Shown here: positions 48,086-58,649 of the stretch, piece after piece
Numbering within the stretch: the first letter of the stretch is position 1
Layout of the letters: every line of letters starts with the position of its first letter
Origin: Fidelibacterota bacterium
GTDB taxonomy: Bacteria > Fidelibacterota > Marinisomatia > Marinisomatales > TCS56
Assembly: GCA_013203115.1 (NCBI GenBank)
Contig: JABMQW010000139.1
Span: 33,703 to 97,702, forward strand
DNA: 64,000 nt
Direction: 5' to 3'
Made by a program: the position numbers and the translations under genes
Notes under the pieces: generated by a model
What the model was told of the DNA's origin: nothing
Database searches by the model: none
The model's input: the letters and a program-made list of their open reading frames with translations, nothing else

Positions 48086-49107
48086 GCGTCCTGCGGATTA
48101 TTCTGGGATTGCAAAGAATTAATTGTAGCCTGTAATACTTTATGCGCTACCGAATCCAGGTTACCATCGATAACCGCGCCGGCGGCAAAGGGATGTCCTC
48201 CACCGCCCATTTCTTGAGCAACAGTTTGAATATTGTATTTTCCTTTGGATCTGAAGTTGATTCGGCAGGTATTGGCGCCGTTCTGATACAACATCACAGC
48301 TACCTCAACACCACGAATCGTACGTATATAATCGGTAAAGCCATCCACGTCGGAGTTTTCCGCTGCGCATTGAATCATCATATTCTGATCAATTTTAAAC
48401 CATGCCAGTTCACCGTTAAAATCAAACTGCACGGTATTTAGTATTAATCCTAACAGTTTAATACGGGGAATGGAATTTGATTCATAGATATTTTGGTAAA
48501 TTTTATGAGGTTTTATACCCACTCGGATGCATTCGATTGCCACTTCATGGCAGCGTTCAGTAGTGTTACTGTAGCGGAAAGAACCGGTATCGTTAATAAT
48601 AGCCGTGTATAGACCCTCCGCAATTGGTAAAGGAAGGCTGTCCGGATAGATGGGTTTAAAAAAGTCATATAGCATTTCACCAGTGGCGGCTGCTTCTAAA
48701 TCAATAAAATTATAATTGAACTGACTATTGTTGGTTTGTACATGATGATCAATGTTTATGGAAGGAATGTTATTGGTTAGAATTTGCTGACCGATATCCC
48801 GTAATCTTCTAAAATCACCAATATCAAACACAAGCACCAAGTCAACAGTTGCCAGCCATTCATCATGGATTTGCGGTTCATAACATTCCACTGATTCGGC
48901 ATAGGATAAAAAGGCATATTCCTTAGGTAATTCAGTGGCGCAAACGATACGAGTATCTAACTTCAGCCCATTTAAATAATGTAGCATCGCGCTGGCACAT
49001 CCAAGCCCGTCGCCATCCGGATTTTCATGGGTAGTTAATAAAATCCGCTTTGCATCGGCTATCAGTTTATGTAGTATTTCCCAATCGATCATCTTCAGCA
49101 TACCCAA
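48082..49107 (-). CDS. DHH/DHHA1 phosphoesterase, NrnA-like (nanoRNase / pAp phosphatase)
   Basis: 341 aa with the motifs HENPDGDG, DHH (IDHHV) and GGGHPFAAG. Confidence 0.82.
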   Translation of the reverse strand: MGMLKMIDWEILHKLIADAKRILLTTHENPDGDGLGCASAMLHYLNGLKLDTRIVCATELPKEYAFLSYAESVECYEPQIHDEWLATVDLVLVFDIGDFRRLRDIGQQILTNNIPSINIDHHVQTNNSQFNYNFIDLEAAATGEMLYDFFKPIYPDSLPLPIAEGLYTAIINDTGSFRYSNTTERCHEVAIECIRVGIKPHKIYQNIYESNSIPRIKLLGLILNTVQFDFNGELAWFKIDQNMMIQCAAENSDVDGFTDYIRTIRGVEVAVMLYQNGANTCRINFRSKGKYNIQTVAQEMGGGGHPFAAGAVIDGNLDSVAHKVLQATINSLQSQNNPQDA

Positions 49108-49197
49108 AAGGTTTAAATATACCTCATCTTAATGTAATTATCACAAATTCTACCGGTTTTTTTTATCATAAGCAAGTAAGATCGGATAACTGTATTT

Positions 49198-49743
49198 TTA
49201 AGCAGGATGTTCCCAAATTGATTCATTATTACCTGCTACCTGGTTAGCATAACGGGCCAATACAAAGAAAAAATCCGATAACCGGTTGATATAAACAATT
49301 AATTGTTGGTCTATTGATTCGGTTCTGAATAATGCTACGAGGTCACATTCCACACGACGGCACACGGCTCGAGTAACATGCAGGCGCGCGGTAAATTCAT
49401 TTCCGCCGGGGAGGATAAATTCTTTCAGTTTGGGAAGAACCGCATTCACTTGCTGTATGCGCTTTTCCAATTTGACAACCCTGTTTCTATCCAACAAATC
49501 CGGGCTTTTATCAGGTAATGATATTTCACCACTGATATTCATCAGATCATTCTGAACTTTCTGTAATTCCGTTTTTATTCCTCTGTCCTCCACCCCAGAA
49601 ATTGTTAGCCCTAATTGGGAATTTAATTCATCCAGACCACCGAGACAGCGAATTCGCAGGTGCTCCTTTCCTACTTTTTGACCGTTTCCCAACCGTGTAT
49701 TTCCCCCATCCCCGGCTTTGGTGGTAACTCGGGTTATGCGCAT
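49198..49743 (-). CDS. ATP:cob(I)alamin adenosyltransferase, PduO type
   Basis: 181 aa with N-terminal TKAGDGGNTRL and a helical-bundle sequence typical of PduO/MMAB. Confidence 0.85.
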   Translation of the reverse strand: MRITRVTTKAGDGGNTRLGNGQKVGKEHLRIRCLGGLDELNSQLGLTISGVEDRGIKTELQKVQNDLMNISGEISLPDKSPDLLDRNRVVKLEKRIQQVNAVLPKLKEFILPGGNEFTARLHVTRAVCRRVECDLVALFRTESIDQQLIVYINRLSDFFFVLARYANQVAGNNESIWEHPA

Positions 49744-51224
49744 CAGAAGTAAATCAGACTGATGATGATGAAAATCGGAATTAAAATCGGTATCGAGTAC
49801 TTTATCATATAGCCAAAGAAACTCGGCATATTGATACCGGCTTCTTCCGAAATTGACTTGACCATGAAATTAGGAGCATTGCCAATATAAGTATTGGCAC
49901 CCATAAATACGGCTCCGGCAGAGATAGCCAACAAAGTCTGCTGTCCGGTAGTCATTAATGATACCGGATCACCCCCGGCAGTATTGAAAAAGACCAGATA
50001 AGTCGGTGCATTATCTAAAAAACTGGATAATACACCGGTAGCCCAGAAATACATATTATTGTCCGGATTGCCCTGACTGTCCGATACCGACTTTATTATC
50101 AGGCTCAGAGCACCATCCATCCCAGCCTTGAGGATTGCTATCGCGGGGATTATAGTCACAAAAATACCAGCGAATAATTTGGCAACCTCCATGATTGGGA
50201 ACCATGAATATTCATTAGCTTTTCGCACATCCATTGATGTTATTTTCCAGCTCGCAACTGTCAGACTCAGTAACAGGACATCGCGAACAAGATTCTGTAA
50301 TTCCACCTCAACATGATAAACATTATAAGATATGCCGGGATGCCAGAAACCACTCAATAAAACTGCGCCGATTACTCCTAACAGTAAAACTAAATTGACT
50401 TTACCTTCCAAACCCAATTTAACTTTATTTATGGAATTGGAAATCTCAGGAGGAATTTGCTCTTGCCAATAGAAATATGAATCAAGTCCAAAAAATATTA
50501 CCAGCAGGATAGCTACTGCCGTCAACATGGGCATTAACATATTGGTAGTAGTCCAGAAAAAATCAATCCCCTTCAGGAATCCTAAAAAAAGTGGTGGATC
50601 ACCCAACGGAGTTAATGAGCCACCGATATTTGCCACCAGGAAAATGAAAAATACAATCACGTGCACATTGTTTTTACGCCATTTATTAGCCCGAATTAAA
50701 GGACGTATCAACAACATGGCAGCACCGGTAGTCCCCATCCAACTCGCTAAGATCGTACCAAGAAGAATAATTCCTGTATTCACAATTGGTGAACCCTGCA
50801 AACTTCCGGTTACTCGAACACCTCCGGAGATAGTAAATAATGCTAATAATAAGATTATAAAAGGTATGTATTCCAGCAACGATACATGTAGTAGCTCATA
50901 GACGGTAACCGATAGCCCTTGAAATTTTATAAATGGAATAATCAGAATAATAGCCCAAAATACGGTCACTTTGCCAAAATGATGATGCCAGAAATGCGGA
51001 GCAACCAGAGGAAATACAGCAATTGACAATAGAATACCAAAAAAGGGTACCGCCCAGATTATTGATAAATGAGCACCATCCACATGCGGTGCCGAATGAT
51101 GCCCGGCAACCACATGAATAATCTCTCCTTCAGGTCCATCCCCAACTGTATCCGCCAAAATAATTCCGGAAGTCAGCAATAAACCAAATAGAACCGATAA
51201 AAAGATCCTGCGGATTAGTTTCAT
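49743..51224 (-). CDS. ion transporter of the ArsB/NhaD (IT superfamily), probable Na+/H+ antiporter
   Basis: 493 aa polytopic protein with a signal-like N-terminus and the GGSLTPLGDPPLFLGF motif I associate with NhaD-like antiporters. Family-level call only. Confidence 0.55.
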   Translation of the reverse strand: MKLIRRIFLSVLFGLLLTSGIILADTVGDGPEGEIIHVVAGHHSAPHVDGAHLSIIWAVPFFGILLSIAVFPLVAPHFWHHHFGKVTVFWAIILIIPFIKFQGLSVTVYELLHVSLLEYIPFIILLLALFTISGGVRVTGSLQGSPIVNTGIILLGTILASWMGTTGAAMLLIRPLIRANKWRKNNVHVIVFFIFLVANIGGSLTPLGDPPLFLGFLKGIDFFWTTTNMLMPMLTAVAILLVIFFGLDSYFYWQEQIPPEISNSINKVKLGLEGKVNLVLLLGVIGAVLLSGFWHPGISYNVYHVEVELQNLVRDVLLLSLTVASWKITSMDVRKANEYSWFPIMEVAKLFAGIFVTIIPAIAILKAGMDGALSLIIKSVSDSQGNPDNNMYFWATGVLSSFLDNAPTYLVFFNTAGGDPVSLMTTGQQTLLAISAGAVFMGANTYIGNAPNFMVKSISEEAGINMPSFFGYMIKYSIPILIPIFIIISLIYF

Positions 51225-51453
51225 TATCTGATTGCCATGAAAAGTTCCATCTATTTATCAACTTAATACAAGCGCTGAAGGTACATAAATAAGGCTGTTT
51301 AATGATAGTCAAATCCTCGGTAAAATCCTCGGTAAAACTATCATGGAAATAGGAAAATTATTTTCCTATTTACTGTATTGTCGGCTAATTGATAAATTAG
51401 TCTTCCGTGAAGATTTATTGGAACCGGATTTAACAAAACACGTAAATTTATTT

Positions 51454-51642
51454 ATGCAGATGCTTATAACGATTGTGATTATGGGATTGGCTATTGCCGG
51501 TCTATCATTGGGTTTATTTTTTAAACGTAAACCAATCTCCAGCCATTGTGGTGGCGGTCAAAGAATAACTGTAAAAGGTGAGCTGCTAACCTGTCCCACT
51601 TGCGACGGTGATGCGGAGAAATGCGAGAATAAATCGAGTTAA
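51454..51642 (+). CDS. nqrM: (Na+)-NQR maturation factor NqrM
   Basis: About 62 aa from the internal ATG, with one TM helix followed by the Cys motif HCGGG...CPTCDG..EKC. Adjacent to apbE and nqr. Confidence 0.7.
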   Translation: MQMLITIVIMGLAIAGLSLGLFFKRKPISSHCGGGQRITVKGELLTCPTCDGDAEKCENKSS

Positions 51643-51764
51643 CCGTTGAGTTCGCAGTGAACTATTTAATATAGATCGTAATTAATAATTTAACGATCAC
51701 TAATCCTGATCGCGCCTGCTGCTTTACCCTTCTGCACCTCGGGGCCAGCGCTCCAGGCTCCATC

Positions 51765-52820
51765 CTACTTTTTCTCCCGTACCTCCATTCCGCTACTTTT
51801 CCGAAGCTCGAATTGATCCTTACCATCCCGCAGAATCAGCAGTGCTTCCACATCCTCCAGCGATTCAATTAATTCTAGTCCCAGGTTGACACCCATTACC
51901 ATCAGGCTGGTTGCCAAGGCATCAGCAGCCATACAGGTTGGCGCTACAACAGTGACGGATGCAACAGCGGTTTCGACCGGATAACCGGTTCGTGGATCAA
52001 CCACATGAGAAAATAATTGACCATCGTACTCAAAATAATTTCGGTAATCTCCCGAGGTCGCCATAGCCCGATCGCTTAAATCGACAATTGCCATTAAGTC
52101 ACGTCCGGGAATGGCATCCAATAGGGGATTATCAATACCAATCTGCCAAGGTAATTTTGACCGATTGCTACCTTTACAATAAACTTCCCCCCCGATCTCA
52201 ACTAAAAAATCCATAAACCCTTCTGCTTGCAGCCAGTTTGATACAACATCGACACCATAGCCCTTGGCAATGGCACTTAGATCTATGGATACCGCTGGAT
52301 CATGTTTAATTAATTGTGACCGGTGAACACTAATTTTCCGATAACCAATTCTCTTAATGGTCGCAGAAATTTCTTCTGGTTCAGGAGGATCAAAACGATC
52401 AATAACGGTTCCGGCTCCGAAGCCCCACAAATCGATTAATGGTCCTACCGTAATATCAAATGCACCAGCAGTTAAATGAGAAACTTCCAGAGCATGTTTA
52501 ACAACCCTGATAAAATTCTGCGAAACCGTAAATGGCTGCTCGGTATTCAACCGGTTGAAAATAGAAATCTCACTGTTGGGATCCCAGTTTGACATCTGGT
52601 GATTTATTTCGCTTAAAAGACTGTCAATTGCGGTCTTGATAACTACCTGATCCGGGGTCAAACCCTTTTCCACGACCAATTTCACCAGATAGGTGGTGCC
52701 CATTGTATGGCCGATTATTACTAATTCGCTCGGTTTCCGGCTGCACCCAGAAAGTATAATCAACAAAATAAGAGAACCCAACAACAGTTGGGCTCTCGGG
52801 AAGATCAATTTAATCAGCAT
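51765..52820 (-). CDS. apbE: FAD:protein FMN transferase (flavin transferase)
   Basis: 351 aa lipoprotein-like protein (LSGC) with MGT, AFD.TV and SGDY motifs of ApbE. Immediately downstream of nqrF. Confidence 0.9.
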   Translation of the reverse strand: MLIKLIFPRAQLLLGSLILLIILSGCSRKPSELVIIGHTMGTTYLVKLVVEKGLTPDQVVIKTAIDSLLSEINHQMSNWDPNSEISIFNRLNTEQPFTVSQNFIRVVKHALEVSHLTAGAFDITVGPLIDLWGFGAGTVIDRFDPPEPEEISATIKRIGYRKISVHRSQLIKHDPAVSIDLSAIAKGYGVDVVSNWLQAEGFMDFLVEIGGEVYCKGSNRSKLPWQIGIDNPLLDAIPGRDLMAIVDLSDRAMATSGDYRNYFEYDGQLFSHVVDPRTGYPVETAVASVTVVAPTCMAADALATSLMVMGVNLGLELIESLEDVEALLILRDGKDQFELRKSSGMEVREKK

Positions 52821-52822
52821 AG

Positions 52823-54043
52823 TTAAAATTCATCATAGGCGATCATATCTTTATCTACGCCCTGATCATACAACATTTTATCCACCGCGCTGATCATCAT
52901 TGGCGGACCACACATATAATATTCAATCTCAGTTGGATCTTCGTGCTTGCTCAGATAATTATCATAGACCACCTGGTGAATAAATCCGGTGGGACCAGTC
53001 CAATTATCCTCCGGTAGTGGTTCCGACAAAGCCACATTATATTTAAAATTGGGGAATTCAGCGGCAATTGCTTTAAAATCCTTATCATAGAACATTTCGC
53101 GTAAAGAGCGAGCGCCGTACCAGAAAGTCACCAGCCGCTTTATTCGCTTGGTATAAAACAGGTCAAATATATGACTGCGCATGGGCGCCATTCCTGCTCC
53201 GCCACCGATGTACATCATTTCCCGATCTGTTTCCCTGGCAAAGAATTCACCATAGGGACCGGATACAAATACTTTATCACCAGGCTCCAGGTTGAAAATG
53301 AAAGATGAAGCGATTCCCGGAGGAACATCGGGCAGGTTAGGCGGTGGTGAAGCAATCCGCACGTTCAACATCACAATATTACCTTCCGCCGGATGGTTTG
53401 CCATGCTGTAAGCTCTAAACAGATCTTCATCATTCTTGGAATGATAACGCCACATATCATATTTATCCCAGTCACCGCGATATTCTTTAGCAATATCAAA
53501 TTCACTATAATCCAGTTCATATTTGGGAATATCGAGCTGAATATATCCACCGGCTTTGAAATCAAGAATTTCTCCCGGAGGCAACTCCAGGACCAGTTCC
53601 TTGATAAATGTCGCGACATTATCGTTAGAGCGGACAATGCATTCCCATTTCTTGATATTGAAAATTTCATCTGGTATCTGAATTTTTAACGGTTGTTTCA
53701 CCTTGAGCTGACAGGCCAGACGGTAATGATCTTTAGCTTCGGCGCGATTGATATGACCCGTTTCCGTAGGTAATAGCTCCCCGCCACCTTCCAGTACCTG
53801 ACATTTACACTGGCCACAGGTACCGCCGCCGCCGCAAGCAGAGGGAATGAATATCTTATGTCCCGCTAAGGCAATCAATAAGGTTGAACCCGGGCGGACT
53901 ATTACACTTTTATCCTTATCATCGTTGATCAGGATTTCGACCTCGCCCTGGGGCAGCAGTTTTTTCTCAGCGAAATTCAACAGAAGAACCAACAGGAGAA
54001 TAACTCCGGTAAATACAATGACGCCTGTTATTGCGGTTATCAT
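52823..54043 (-). CDS. nqrF: Na+-translocating NADH:quinone oxidoreductase subunit F
   Basis: 406 aa with an N-terminal TM helix, 2Fe-2S motif [10 protein letters not shown], and RAYS FAD and NADH-binding motifs. Confidence 0.96.
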   Translation of the reverse strand: MITAITGVIVFTGVILLLVLLLNFAEKKLLPQGEVEILINDDKDKSVIVRPGSTLLIALAGHKIFIPSACGGGGTCGQCKCQVLEGGGELLPTETGHINRAEAKDHYRLACQLKVKQPLKIQIPDEIFNIKKWECIVRSNDNVATFIKELVLELPPGEILDFKAGGYIQLDIPKYELDYSEFDIAKEYRGDWDKYDMWRYHSKNDEDLFRAYSMANHPAEGNIVMLNVRIASPPPNLPDVPPGIASSFIFNLEPGDKVFVSGPYGEFFARETDREMMYIGGGAGMAPMRSHIFDLFYTKRIKRLVTFWYGARSLREMFYDKDFKAIAAEFPNFKYNVALSEPLPEDNWTGPTGFIHQVVYDNYLSKHEDPTEIEYYMCGPPMMISAVDKMLYDQGVDKDMIAYDEF

Positions 54044-54052
54044 AATTCGTTC

Positions 54053-54664
54053 CTATAAATCGATGCCTGAAAAGGCCATGAAGGTCATGGACAGCAAGCC
54101 CGTAAGCAACATTGTTATGCCTAGACCGCGTAGAGCCGGGGGTACATTGGAATAGCGCAAGCGATGCCTGATAGCTGCCATGGTAGTGATGGCCAGAAAA
54201 AAGCCGATACCGGAACCAAAACCAAATACTACCGATTCTCCCAGATTATAATTACGCTCAACCAGGAATAATGAACCACCCAGAATGGCACAGTTAACAG
54301 CGATCAACGGCAGAAAAATACCAAGGCTTAGATAGAGCGCCGGTGTGAAGCGATCCATGATCATTTCGACCAACTGGACCAGGGCTGCTATTGTTGCAAT
54401 AAAAATAATGAAATTCAGGTAACTCAAATCCAAATCCGGTAAACCGGCCCAAGCCAAGGCTCCTTCTTTTAACAGATAAGTGTGCAAAAACCAATTAACC
54501 GGAGCGGTAATCGATAAAACGAATACAACCGCAAGACCCAATCCAATCGAAGTTTCGACTTTTTTGGAAATGGCCAAAAATGAACACATTCCAAGGAAAT
54601 AGGCCAATAGAATATTTTCAATGAAAATAGCCTTAACTGCCAGACTTATATAATGCTCCAACAT
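54053..54664 (-). CDS. nqrE: Na+-NQR subunit E
   Basis: 203 aa with six TM segments and the NqrE/RnfA family pattern ([12 protein letters not shown]). Confidence 0.93.
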   Translation of the reverse strand: MLEHYISLAVKAIFIENILLAYFLGMCSFLAISKKVETSIGLGLAVVFVLSITAPVNWFLHTYLLKEGALAWAGLPDLDLSYLNFIIFIATIAALVQLVEMIMDRFTPALYLSLGIFLPLIAVNCAILGGSLFLVERNYNLGESVVFGFGSGIGFFLAITTMAAIRHRLRYSNVPPALRGLGITMLLTGLLSMTFMAFSGIDL

Positions 54665-54665
54665 C

Positions 54666-55295
54666 TCAGGCCTCCTCTTCCACTTTGGTTATCAGACGTT
54701 GGACCCATATGATTAGTCCGAGAATAATAAATGCTCCCGGAGACAGTACCATTAATCCGACGTTTTCATAACCGGCGGAATAGAATGATTCCGGAATAAC
54801 TGCAAATCCCAAAATCGACCCGCTACCCAATATCTCACGGAAAAAGGAAACGGCTATCAGGATAATTCCATAGCCCAAAGCATTGCCGACACCATCTAAA
54901 AATGCTTTACCAACCGAATTCTGCATGGCAAATGCTTCAGCCCGGCCGAGAACGATACAATTGGTTATTATCAATCCAACGAAGACCGATAGCTGCTTGC
55001 TCATATCATAGGCATAAGCCTGCAACACCTGGTCGGTCAAGATTACTAGCGAAGCAATGATCGCCAGCATGACGATAATCCGTACCCGACCAGGAATAAA
55101 ATTGCGCAGGAGCGAAATGATCGTATTGGACATTGATAATACAAACACAACCGCCAGTGTCATTACGATAGCCGTGTCCATTTTCACCGTCACGGCCAGA
55201 GCAGAGCAAATACCGAGTACCTGAAAAGCAATCGGATTGTTACTCATCAGAGGATCTTTTAAGACCTGCTGTGATTTTTTACTTAATAATCCCAT
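54666..55295 (-). CDS. nqrD: Na+-NQR subunit D
   Basis: 209 aa with the NqrD/RnfE pattern ([18 protein letters not shown]). Confidence 0.93.
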   Translation of the reverse strand: MGLLSKKSQQVLKDPLMSNNPIAFQVLGICSALAVTVKMDTAIVMTLAVVFVLSMSNTIISLLRNFIPGRVRIIVMLAIIASLVILTDQVLQAYAYDMSKQLSVFVGLIITNCIVLGRAEAFAMQNSVGKAFLDGVGNALGYGIILIAVSFFREILGSGSILGFAVIPESFYSAGYENVGLMVLSPGAFIILGLIIWVQRLITKVEEEA

Positions 55296-56051
55296 TTAAC
55301 CTTCCTCCGTTTGATGTGCCAGTTTAAAAAACGGCAGGTAGTTTATTAGATCTTGCTCAATGAAAATATTCATTCCCTTTGTCGTCAGCGTGGCTCCGGA
55401 AATTCCATCGACCTGATGATAAGCTTCAGCACTGGATTCATCGACGGTACGCTTAACAATTTGAATACTAACTAACTTATCAGTGGGATCAAATATCTGC
55501 TTGCCAACGAAATTGGAAGTAAACCAGTCCTTTTCAATCTCGCCGCCCAGACCTGGTGTTTCACCATGTTTATAAAAGGTGATACCCATTACCGTTTTGC
55601 AATCCCTCTCCAGGGCCAGATATCCATAAAGAGTGGACCAGAGACCCTTCCCGGAGATCGGAATAGCGTAACCGGCAGTTTGATTATTGATCACTTTTTC
55701 AAAAACCGGGTAAAACCCACTCATAGTCTTAGGATCGATATCTTCCGGTTTCATCTCATCGACCCGGTGGCCGGTTTTATCGATCACATAGCTGCGAATT
55801 TTCTCCGAAAACATTTGCTGATATTCCTCGGCCGTGAGTTTAACATCGGCCTGACCGGAAATATTCAATGCTTGCAGAATATTCTTTTTTATATCCAGTT
55901 CCATGTTCAACTGCTGCCGATCTTTTAACAATGTGGCTGCTGATGACAACATAATTCCAAGGATAATTGTCACCAAAGTGGTGAATCCTAGGGTATAACT
56001 GTTACTACGCATAACGGGCCACCCTCTTCTTAATATTCGCTTGAACGACAA
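55296..56051 (-). CDS. nqrC: Na+-NQR subunit C
   Basis: 251 aa with an N-terminal TM helix and the FMN attachment motif DGISGATLT. Confidence 0.92.
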   Translation of the reverse strand: MSFKRILRRGWPVMRSNSYTLGFTTLVTIILGIMLSSAATLLKDRQQLNMELDIKKNILQALNISGQADVKLTAEEYQQMFSEKIRSYVIDKTGHRVDEMKPEDIDPKTMSGFYPVFEKVINNQTAGYAIPISGKGLWSTLYGYLALERDCKTVMGITFYKHGETPGLGGEIEKDWFTSNFVGKQIFDPTDKLVSIQIVKRTVDESSAEAYHQVDGISGATLTTKGMNIFIEQDLINYLPFFKLAHQTEEG

Positions 56052-57177
56052 AATAATCGATCAGTGGTGCAAAGGCGTTCATTAGTAGAATCGCCAGCAT
56101 CGTTCCTTCCGGATAAGCCGGGTTGATCGATCTAATAACCACGGTCAGTACCCCGATCATGATACCATATATCCAGCGACCCGCATTGGTGTGGGCGGCA
56201 GTGACCGGGTCGGTGGCCATAAAAGTGATTCCGAATAAAAAACCACCCATAACCAGATGATAATGGGGCGGTAAAGATAGCATTGTATTCGAAGATTGCC
56301 CAGCCAGAATATTGGTCAATAAAGCCGTACCAACTAATCCCAATAATCCACCAACTATTACCCGCCAGGAACCAACTTTTGTAAGAATAAGAAATACTGC
56401 TCCAATCAAAATAGCCAGGGCGCTGGTCTCGCTGATTGAGCCGGGAATCAATCCATAGAACATGTTGGACCAAGAATAATCGAATTGTGTAACACCATTT
56501 AAAAGTTCTACAGCGTTTCCATTAGTAACTGCAGCCGGTACGGCTAATGGTGTAGCACCGCTGTAACCATCAGGTCCCAGCGCCCAGACACTGTCCCCCG
56601 ATATTTTACCAGGATAGGCAAAGAACAGAAAGGCGCGGGTCGTAAGGGCCGGATTGAAAATATTCATCCCTGTACCACCAAAGACCAACTTACCAATCAC
56701 CATGCCAAAACTTGTCGCTACAGCGACTTGCCATAGCGGTATGGTTGGCGGCACAATCATCGGGATCAACAAACCGGTTACCAGAAAACCTTCATCCACT
56801 TCATGTTTGCGGACAATAGCAAAAAGAACTTCCCAAACGGCACCGGTAGCATATGAAACGATAATTATCGGAAGCATTACCTTTAACCCGAACCAAAAAT
56901 TAGTTAGCAGGCTGCGCTCAAGACCGAAGGCCAGCGCCTGTTGATAACCAATATTAAATAATCCAAAGAAAAAGGCCGGCAGGAGCGCGAATATAACGAT
57001 TGTCATGATCCGCTTCAGGTCAACGCTATCCCGGATATAGGGTGCCATATCAGTTTCTTTGTCGGTGTTGAACAGCAAAGTATCAAGCATTTCGTAAACC
57101 GGATAAAGGAGCTTTAAACGACCATCTTCCTCGAATGCCGGTTTCATTCTTTCGCTGAATCTTCTTAAGAACTGCAT
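56005..57177 (-). CDS. nqrB: Na+-NQR subunit B
   Basis: 390 aa polytopic protein with the SGATPL flavinylation motif. Confidence 0.93.
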   Translation of the reverse strand: MQFLRRFSERMKPAFEEDGRLKLLYPVYEMLDTLLFNTDKETDMAPYIRDSVDLKRIMTIVIFALLPAFFFGLFNIGYQQALAFGLERSLLTNFWFGLKVMLPIIIVSYATGAVWEVLFAIVRKHEVDEGFLVTGLLIPMIVPPTIPLWQVAVATSFGMVIGKLVFGGTGMNIFNPALTTRAFLFFAYPGKISGDSVWALGPDGYSGATPLAVPAAVTNGNAVELLNGVTQFDYSWSNMFYGLIPGSISETSALAILIGAVFLILTKVGSWRVIVGGLLGLVGTALLTNILAGQSSNTMLSLPPHYHLVMGGFLFGITFMATDPVTAAHTNAGRWIYGIMIGVLTVVIRSINPAYPEGTMLAILLMNAFAPLIDYFVVQANIKKRVARYA

Positions 57178-57179
57178 AA

Positions 57180-58520
57180 TTACATTTCCTTCTCCATAAG
57201 CTCCAATCCCTGTCGAATAACTGAACTCAATTCTATTTTGCTGGGACAGGCAAACGTGGATAATGCAAAATCTTCCGGATCACATTCCAGAATACCGAGT
57301 TTTTCCATTTCTTCAACATCTTGAGCCAAAATGCTGCGGAATAGGGCATTCGGCATAATATCCATCGGAAGTACATCTTCCCAGGCATTGATCGGTACAA
57401 CAGCCCGACATGCTCCATTCAGTTTAGTACTAAAACTAAAATTTCTTTTGCCGGTTTTAAGATAAGCATTAGTAAGCGTGTATACTTTGGCACTATTTCC
57501 AATCTTCGCCCAACCTAAAAAGGGTCGTCGATGATCGATTGATAAAACAGAAATCGTGGAATGATAAAAACCCAAATAATCTTCACCTTCGACAGCACGA
57601 CCTGTGAGAACATCGCCCGAAATAACGCGATTCGCGGTTGTGTTCAAGTTATCCTGCACTAAATCTGATAACGGAGCACCAATTCTGGTTTGTAAAAAGT
57701 TCGGATTCTTTACAGCCGGACCGCCAACGGCGATTAGTACAGTCGGATCGAATTGGCCAGTGTTAAACAAGGAACCAAGAGTCGCCACATGCTGAACATT
57801 AACCGTCCAGATAATATCTCCCGGATTAATCGGATCGATATGATGAATCTGAATACCAATATTCCCGGCGGGATGAGGCCCGGAAATCTTGTGGATGGTA
57901 ATACCATTCAGATTGTTAAATACCACAGCGGAAGAACCAATGGGGACTGTCAGATGAACAGCGCCACCGGATAATTTTGTCAGCACCTGCATACCGCTTC
58001 GAAATTCTCTTTCACGTCCCATCAATGCCATGGTCGGATCAATTGACAGTGGTGCTGTATCGATACCGGAAATAAATATCGCTTTGGGTGTGTCATCAGG
58101 CCTGGCTGTTGTATTAAATGGCCGTTGCCTAATCAAGGGCCAGAGATTAGCTTTAAGAATATACTCAATAATACCTTCGCGATTACTGTTTTCAACCACT
58201 ATAGTATCTAATCTTGCAATAGCTTCATCATCATCTGTGGCAATAACAATCTTCTTGATGATACGTCGCTCGCCATAAATAATTTCTTTTATCGTCCCAC
58301 CGGCCGGTGATGGATAATTAACCTGCGGATTCTTTTTATCAAAAAATAAGGCCGAGCCCAGCTCTACCTTATCACCTGCTTTGACAACCAGTTTCGGTTT
58401 GATTCCCAGGTAGTCAGCTGGTACAATTCCAAATTCCCGGAATTTATCAGCCCTTTCGACAGCCCCGGTCGGAACACCAGAAATCCGGATATTATGACCT
58501 TTTTGTATTTTTATCTTCAT
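57180..58520 (-). CDS. nqrA: Na+-NQR subunit A
   Basis: 446 aa soluble subunit with N-terminal MKIKIQKGHNIRISG. First gene of nqrABCDEF. Confidence 0.93.
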   Translation of the reverse strand: MKIKIQKGHNIRISGVPTGAVERADKFREFGIVPADYLGIKPKLVVKAGDKVELGSALFFDKKNPQVNYPSPAGGTIKEIIYGERRIIKKIVIATDDDEAIARLDTIVVENSNREGIIEYILKANLWPLIRQRPFNTTARPDDTPKAIFISGIDTAPLSIDPTMALMGREREFRSGMQVLTKLSGGAVHLTVPIGSSAVVFNNLNGITIHKISGPHPAGNIGIQIHHIDPINPGDIIWTVNVQHVATLGSLFNTGQFDPTVLIAVGGPAVKNPNFLQTRIGAPLSDLVQDNLNTTANRVISGDVLTGRAVEGEDYLGFYHSTISVLSIDHRRPFLGWAKIGNSAKVYTLTNAYLKTGKRNFSFSTKLNGACRAVVPINAWEDVLPMDIMPNALFRSILAQDVEEMEKLGILECDPEDFALSTFACPSKIELSSVIRQGLELMEKEM

Positions 58521-58649
58521 TAAGCTCTCATGAATGATTATGTAAATATATAGATTTTCAAAGGGTTAAGTTCAGATGCAGAATTATTTATCTTATGGAT
58601 CAATTTTAAAAGTAATTATTTTCTTCATATTATGTTGTTGAGTATATAG

